NCBI GenBank assembly: GCA_027064425.1
Contig: JAMOPO010000057.1
Span: forward strand, 96,001 to 160,000
Direction of reading: 5' to 3'
Origin: Methanobacteriota archaeon
Lineage (GTDB): Archaea; JAADCQ01; Methanopyri; Methanopyrales; Methanopyraceae
DNA: 64,000 bases
The notes under the pieces are model-generated. The model was not told where the DNA came from. It did not search any database and saw only the letters and a program-made list of their open reading frames with translations. Of the stretch, positions 58,970-64,000 are shown in pieces; position 1 is the stretch's first letter, and every line of letters begins with the position of its first letter. Both the position numbers and the translations under genes were made by a program.

Positions 58970-60007
58970 TCACTCGAGCTCCTCCAGCTTAGCCGGCAGG
59001 TACTCCTCGACGACGTAGTCCAGGGAATACTTCGCGAAGGCCTGCTGCTCGGCCTTCTTACCCAGTCGGGCGAGGAGGTCCAGCTCGCGCTGCCAGAACT
59101 CGGTGTCGTAGCGAGGGTCCCGTTTCAGCTCCTCGATGCGCTTGCGGTCGGCCTCGGTGAGCGGCTCGGTGGGGAGGTCGTACTCCACGATGTCGGTGGC
59201 CGTGACGCCGATGAACTTGGCGTCGGGGCAGGCGAGCTCGTGGTTCAGGTGCGCGGCCTTGGCGCTCCCGCTCCGGATGACCATGTAGATGTGCCAGCCG
59301 TACGGATCGCCGTCGGTGAACACGTACACGGGGAGGCCGAGCTCCTCGTTCAGGCGGCGGAGGAGGCGCCGAGTGGCCCGGGCGGCCTGACCCTTGAGCC
59401 CGACGATCAGGGCGTCGAGCTTCTCGTGGGCCCGCTCCTGAACCAGCCTGCGGTACATTCCCATGGTCTCGACGGCGATGACGCGCTCGGCGCCGCAGTC
59501 CAGGAGCTCGACGGCGTCCACGTTGGGCGGGATGTTGTAGCCGCTGATGCCGGCCTTTTCGGCGTGGATCTTGACCCCGTCCTCCTCCACGAGCAGGTCG
59601 CCGTAAACGGCGGCCCCGTCCTCCTCGGGCCAGATGCCGAACTCCTCGCGCTTGAGCCCGAGCACGGCCTCGAGGTCCTCAACGATGGCGTCGCTCTCGC
59701 GCTGGTCCTTGAAGGGCAGCTCCCAGCCCTCACTCGTGTAGTAAAGCTCTCGGAGGGTGGCGGAGCGGCCGGACTCGACCAGCTTCTTGGCGAAGGCGGC
59801 GACGCTCATCATCTGGGCGAGCTTTTTGGAGCCGCGGAGGGTGTGAGGGCGGCGCTTGTACGTGTCGTCGCCGATCGTGTAAATGCGCCGCTCGGGGTCG
59901 TACTCGATGTTGGAGGTCGTGCGTTTGGGCACCTCCAGCGGCTCGTCCTCCTCGAGGCAGCGGAGGACGCGTCGGGCGAACTCGCGCAGCCGCTCGAGGG
60001 CCGTCAT
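58970..60007 (-). CDS. top6A: DNA topoisomerase VI subunit A
   Basis: TLRELYY catalytic Tyr, AVET, KGQ..RATR, FTDGDPYG, KAEQQA. Confidence 0.96.
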   Translation of the reverse strand: MTALERLREFARRVLRCLEEDEPLEVPKRTTSNIEYDPERRIYTIGDDTYKRRPHTLRGSKKLAQMMSVAAFAKKLVESGRSATLRELYYTSEGWELPFKDQRESDAIVEDLEAVLGLKREEFGIWPEEDGAAVYGDLLVEEDGVKIHAEKAGISGYNIPPNVDAVELLDCGAERVIAVETMGMYRRLVQERAHEKLDALIVGLKGQAARATRRLLRRLNEELGLPVYVFTDGDPYGWHIYMVIRSGSAKAAHLNHELACPDAKFIGVTATDIVEYDLPTEPLTEADRKRIEELKRDPRYDTEFWQRELDLLARLGKKAEQQAFAKYSLDYVVEEYLPAKLEELE

Positions 60008-60049
60008 GGGCCTCCCTCGGCCTTGGGGTGAGCGCTCTAGGCGCTCGGG

Positions 60050-60715
60050 TTAGATGAACTCGGGCGGCTCGGAGTCCTTCCAGAGGCGCATCTTCTCGCG
60101 CTTCATGCGCCGCCGCTCGCTCTCCAGGTACCGGTACACGCGGCCGTGCGGGGCGCCCGAGGCGAGCATCTCGATCGCCTTGCGCGCGATCTCGAGCTGC
60201 CGGGGCTTGCCGATCAGGGCGACGGTTTTACCCCGGATGGAGACGTCGGCGCCGCTGAGCTCCTCGATGATCTCTCGGGTGCGGCCCTCCCGGCCGATGA
60301 TGCGCGCACGCTGCCGCTCCAGGGCCTTGGGGTTGCGCCCGACGAGCTCGTACAGGTTGATGATCTCGAGGCTGGCATCCTCCTCCCGGAGGAGGCGGAA
60401 CGCGCGCTCGGGCGAGAAGCCGCGACCGATGGCGAGCACGCACTCCTTGGCCTTGAGCAGGTCGAGCGGGTCCTTCACGCGCTTGGTCGGTCGGATCTCC
60501 ACCTCACCGGTCTTGCTATCGATGCGGAGCTTGACGCCGGTCTTGCGCTCGATGTACTTCTTCGTCTCACCGTTCTTGCCGATGAGCACGCCGATTCGGT
60601 CCTTAGGGATCTTGACGCGCTCCACCTTCTCGTAGAACTCGTCGGCCAGCTGCGCCTCCCCGGCCTCCTCCTCTCCGGGCTCCCCCGCCGGCTCCTCCTC
60701 GGCCACGGCGCTCAC
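60050..60715 (-). CDS. KH-domain rRNA-processing protein (Dim2/Pno1/Krr1-like)
   Basis: RIGVLIGKNG, AIGRGFSPE, RIIGREG, GAPHGRVY. Confidence 0.92.
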   Translation of the reverse strand: MSAVAEEEPAGEPGEEEAGEAQLADEFYEKVERVKIPKDRIGVLIGKNGETKKYIERKTGVKLRIDSKTGEVEIRPTKRVKDPLDLLKAKECVLAIGRGFSPERAFRLLREEDASLEIINLYELVGRNPKALERQRARIIGREGRTREIIEELSGADVSIRGKTVALIGKPRQLEIARKAIEMLASGAPHGRVYRYLESERRRMKREKMRLWKDSEPPEFI

Positions 60716-61500
60716 CCCCTGATCTCCTCCAGGATCTCGTCGATCGGGGGCGTTTTAACCCCTATTCGGTTGAAGAAGTTGGTGAGGTTGCGGACGTCCC
60801 GGAGCAGGAGCTCGTTGGCGATCGGGTGGTCCAGAAGGACGCCCTGGGAGAAGTCGATGATGCGATAGTCGCCGTCGCCGCCGTACAGGATGTTGTACTC
60901 GCTGAGGTCGCCGTGCACGATCTCGGCCTTGCGGTACATGCGCTTGTAGTCCTCGAGGATGCTCCAGAAGACCTCCTCGGCGGTGTCCTCGTCCTCGGGC
61001 GGGTTGTCCTTGATGAGTGGGTAGGGGTTGCCCGCGTCGTCCCCGATGAACTCCATGATCAGGACGTTGTTCATGTGGGCGATGGGCTCGGGGCAGCGGA
61101 CGCCGGCCTCGTACGCGCGGGCGAGGTTCTTGAACTCCTTCTCGGCCCACGCGTAGACGATCTGGTGGCGCTTGCGCCCGATCTTCTGGAAGCGGGGATC
61201 ACCCCGAATGTACCGCCACATGCGTCGAAAGTCGCTGGTGGCGACGCGGTAGATCTTGACCGCGACCAGGTCGTCGTCGCGGACCCCGCGGGCGACGTTC
61301 GCCTCCTTCCCGGTCTTGACGAAGCCCATCAGGCCGTCGATGTAGCCGCGGCGGGAGAGCTCGTAAAGGGTCATCAGGGTGTACTGGTCGAAGACCTCCT
61401 CCTCGACCTTGAGGTCCTCCAGCGTCTTCTCCAGCCGCTCGACCTTCTGGGGCTCGACGTCGACCTTCTCGATGGCGGAGAAGTACTTATCCTCGGCCAA
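60712..61500 (-). CDS. rio1: RIO1-family kinase
   Basis: TGKEANV, AVKIY, YI.GDPRF, WAEKEF.NL, VHGDLSEYNIL, IIDFSQ. Confidence 0.95.
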   Translation of the reverse strand: MAEDKYFSAIEKVDVEPQKVERLEKTLEDLKVEEEVFDQYTLMTLYELSRRGYIDGLMGFVKTGKEANVARGVRDDDLVAVKIYRVATSDFRRMWRYIRGDPRFQKIGRKRHQIVYAWAEKEFKNLARAYEAGVRCPEPIAHMNNVLIMEFIGDDAGNPYPLIKDNPPEDEDTAEEVFWSILEDYKRMYRKAEIVHGDLSEYNILYGGDGDYRIIDFSQGVLLDHPIANELLLRDVRNLTNFFNRIGVKTPPIDEILEEIRG

Positions 61501-61503
61501 CGT

Positions 61504-61839
61504 TTAGCCTCCCGGGATGATCTCCTCGAGGAGCTTAGTCACCCGCTCGTCCAGCTTGCCCTTCCGCTTGAGCCAGTCGACCTGAACCTTCGTGTACCGC
61601 CAGGTGACGTCCGCCCGGTCGTCCTGGAACTCCCAGGGCTTGACGAGCACCACGTCGCCCTCGCGGATCCACACGCGCTTCCTCATCTTGCCCGGGATGC
61701 GCGCGATGCGAGTCTTCCCGTCCACGCACTTGACCTGCACGCGGTCGTCTCCGAGCATCTTCTCCACGACTCCGAAGATCTCGCCCTCCTTGGGGAGCCG
61801 GATCTTCTTCAGGGTCTCGTCGTCGATGCGCTTGCCCAT
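61504..61839 (-). CDS. eif1a: Translation initiation factor aIF-1A
   Basis: [36 protein letters not shown]. Confidence 0.96.
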   Translation of the reverse strand: MGKRIDDETLKKIRLPKEGEIFGVVEKMLGDDRVQVKCVDGKTRIARIPGKMRKRVWIREGDVVLVKPWEFQDDRADVTWRYTKVQVDWLKRKGKLDERVTKLLEEIIPGG

Positions 61840-61854
61840 CCCGATCACCCCCGG

Positions 61855-62085
61855 TTAGTCGCTGCGCACCAGGTTAAGTAGTTCCTCGGAAACCCGGGCG
61901 CAGGAGAGCGCCGAGTCGACACCCGAGGCGGCCTTGGCCGGGCTCCTGGCCCGGAACTCGATCTCCACCCGGTCCTCCCTGACCCGGACCCGGGCGCTGA
62001 AGCCCCGGGGGCCACCCTCCCAGACGGGCCCGTCCCGGAGCGGCGCGGGGAGGTCTCGGAGCACCAGCCTCCCTCGGAGGCGCGT
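61855..62085 (-). CDS. Pcc1-like KEOPS subunit (small protein)
   Basis: ...SARVRVREDRVEIEFRARS..KAASGVDSAL....VSEEL resembles Pcc1; start GTG 62064 or non-canonical ACG 62085. Confidence 0.5.
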   Translation of the reverse strand, partial: TRLRGRLVLRDLPAPLRDGPVWEGGPRGFSARVRVREDRVEIEFRARSPAKAASGVDSALSCARVSEELLNLVRSD

Positions 62086-62100
62086 GGTGGTGGCCCCCCG

Positions 62101-63072
62101 CTAGGAGGGGGCGCCCACGGCCTTGCGCACGGGCTCGAGGATCTCGGCGAGGTACCGGGCGGCGTTCTCTTTGAGGTCCAGTGGGTGGAGCTCCTCGTTG
62201 ACGAAGTCGCGCTCGAGCTCCTTGTAGCTGGTGTAGGTCACGTCGCCGCCGTACTTCTCGGGCCGCTCGATCGTGACCTCGTCGTACTCGCGGAAGATGA
62301 AGTAGCGGTAGATCTCGAGGATGGGGTTGCCCTCGGCCTCGCCCGCCGGGCAGTACGCTTTCATGATCTTCTCGCGGATGGTCTCGGGGTCATCGTTCAC
62401 GGCGATGTAGTTGTTCTTGCTTGAGGACATCTTCTCCTCGCCGTCGAGCCCGTGGATGATGGGCGTGTGCAGGCACGTGGGGGCCTCGTAGCCGAGCTTG
62501 GGCAGGATGTCCCGGGCGAGCATGTGGATCTTCCGCTGCTCGAGCCCGCCCACCGCCAGGTCCACGTCGAGGTGGACGATGTCGAGCGCCTGCATGATGG
62601 GGTAGACGACCTGGGAGACGGGTGGGTTCTCCTCGCGCCGGGCGATCATGTCCATGCTCCGGCGGGCGCGGCGCATGGTCGTGTGCCGGGCCATCCGGTA
62701 CACGTCGAGGGCGTACTCGTCCTCGAGCTGGAACTCGGAGCCGAGCACGAACTCCGTTCGTTTCGGGTCGAGGCCCATGGCGGTGAAGCAGCGCTTGTTG
62801 TACTCGGCGAGCTCGCGGATCTCCTCCATCGAGCCCTTTTCGTTCAGGTACGCGTGCAGGTCGGCGAGGAGGATGATGACCTTGAACCCGGCCCGCTGGA
62901 GGTCCACCATCTTGTCGATCACGAGCTTGTGACCGAGGTGGATGTCGCCGGAGGGCTCGAATCCGACGTAGGCGACGGGCTCGTCCTTTTCCTCGAGCAG
63001 CTGGCGGAGCTCCTCCTCCGTGACGATCTCGACGGTGTTGCGCGTGACGAGCTCCCAGGTGTCCTCCGCCAT
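62101..63072 (-). CDS. tyrS: Tyrosine--tRNA ligase
   Basis: YVGFEPSG.IHLGH, ADLHAYLN, YPIMQALD, GGLEQRKIH, KMSSS, LHPLDLK. Confidence 0.97.
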   Translation of the reverse strand: MAEDTWELVTRNTVEIVTEEELRQLLEEKDEPVAYVGFEPSGDIHLGHKLVIDKMVDLQRAGFKVIILLADLHAYLNEKGSMEEIRELAEYNKRCFTAMGLDPKRTEFVLGSEFQLEDEYALDVYRMARHTTMRRARRSMDMIARREENPPVSQVVYPIMQALDIVHLDVDLAVGGLEQRKIHMLARDILPKLGYEAPTCLHTPIIHGLDGEEKMSSSKNNYIAVNDDPETIREKIMKAYCPAGEAEGNPILEIYRYFIFREYDEVTIERPEKYGGDVTYTSYKELERDFVNEELHPLDLKENAARYLAEILEPVRKAVGAPS

Positions 63073-63085
63073 CGGGGCTCCCCCG

Positions 63086-64000
63086 CTAGTCCTCGGGTAG
63101 GACCACGGCCCCCTCGTCCAGGACGACGACCATGACCCGCTGGCCTATTTCTAATTCTTTGACAGAGTCGGTCTCGAAGCAGTCGAGCGTCTCGCCCGTC
63201 CGCTCCAGCACGACCTGCGCGGGGGAGGTGCTCACCACGATGGCCGGCTCGGGCTTTAGGAGGCTGGCCTCGGTGAGCTCCTCCCAGTCCAGCTCAACCT
63301 TCGACCCGTCCGTTAAGCGTCGGAGGGTGCAGCGCGCGCCCACGCCCGCGACCTCGTAGGGCGTCCCCTCGAGCTCGATCACGTCGCCCGGGCGGAAGTG
63401 CGGGATCCGGACGGAGATGGACGTGCGGTAGCGGCGCTTGCCCGTGCTCTTGTCGATGCCGACCAGCTCGTGAGACTCCTGGATGGTCCCCCCGAACTCG
63501 TCCACGATGCGTCGAGCCAGCTTCCGGGCGGCGCTGGTCGAGCCGAGGTAGAAGTCGATCCCCTCGTCCCGGTGCTTCACGTCCGAGACGAAGGCCATCG
63601 GGTCGCGCTTGAGCAGGGACTCCGCGGACCTCGTCACGAACTCCTCCAGCTCCTCCCGCTCGGACTCCGTCAGCTCGCCGCGGAAGGATCGAACCTGCAG
63701 GATGGCCTCGTAGAACCCGGACCGGTACTTCATGCACCGGTGGCAGAGGGTGAACTTGACCGGGACCTTGACCTGGTACTCCCGTCGGAGCCGCTCGCCC
63801 TCCACCTCCCACTCGCCCTCGATCAGGAAGGTGACGAGCACGCGGGCCCCGGGACCGCCCGGCTCGCCCTTGACCTCCAGCGGCCGGACGTCCAGCTCCA
63901 CGTCCGGGAGGACCTTCAGGTTGTCCTCCAGCACGCGCAGGGCGTAGTCGACGAGCAGGGACTCCACATCGCTCGCGTCCTCGGGCGGGTGCTCCCAGCG
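63086..64000 (-). CDS. NMD3-family ribosome biogenesis protein (5' end outside window)
   Basis: LC.RC....SGFYEAILQVR, GIDFYLGS, ELVG.D..TGKRRYR..ISVRIP; frame open to the window edge. Confidence 0.88.
   Translation of the reverse strand, partial: RWEHPPEDASDVESLLVDYALRVLEDNLKVLPDVELDVRPLEVKGEPGGPGARVLVTFLIEGEWEVEGERLRREYQVKVPVKFTLCHRCMKYRSGFYEAILQVRSFRGELTESEREELEEFVTRSAESLLKRDPMAFVSDVKHRDEGIDFYLGSTSAARKLARRIVDEFGGTIQESHELVGIDKSTGKRRYRTSISVRIPHFRPGDVIELEGTPYEVAGVGARCTLRRLTDGSKVELDWEELTEASLLKPEPAIVVSTSPAQVVLERTGETLDCFETDSVKELEIGQRVMVVVLDEGAVVLPED

Noticed and set aside
61855-63072. TAG readthrough fusing TyrRS to the Pcc1-like ORF
   Set aside because: In-frame adjacency is a 1-in-3 chance; TyrRS is complete and the downstream ORF has its own SD-like runs

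Overview
High-GC archaeal chromosome segment, almost certainly a Methanopyrus-like hyperthermophilic methanogen (complete Eha hydrogenase operon, MptA, cyclic 2,3-diphosphoglycerate synthetase, intein-bearing CDC48, tRNA-Ala with genomic C8). Gene-dense, no CRISPR array, no transposase. Housekeeping content: aMBF1, HflX, ehaA-P plus extra polyferredoxins, lysA, mptA, cdc48, carA, tfe, purL, FAU-1, hisE, cpgS, nucS, trpF, top6A, Dim2/KH, RIO1, aIF-1A, Pcc1, tyrS, NMD3. Items most worth follow-up: (1) a cluster of exported, C-terminally anchored proteins (CobN-like chelatase homolog, unknown coiled-coil protein, QW-repeat alpha/alpha-barrel) that may be a surface tetrapyrrole/metal scavenging system and shares a VPxxP-TM-basic tail; (2) an FtsA-type actin-fold ATPase coupled to a membrane-anchored partner; (3) a MoxR AAA+/vWA pair divergent from the Eha operon; (4) an unannotated dual-guide C/D box sRNA upstream of purL whose guides match the 23S [16 protein letters not shown] centre; (5) a variant histone antisense within a + strand gene run; (6) repeated 27-28 nt divergent intergenic spacers holding only back-to-back SD sequences, and several apparent CTG/ACG starts. 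Family assignments come from motif recognition only; no database search was run.
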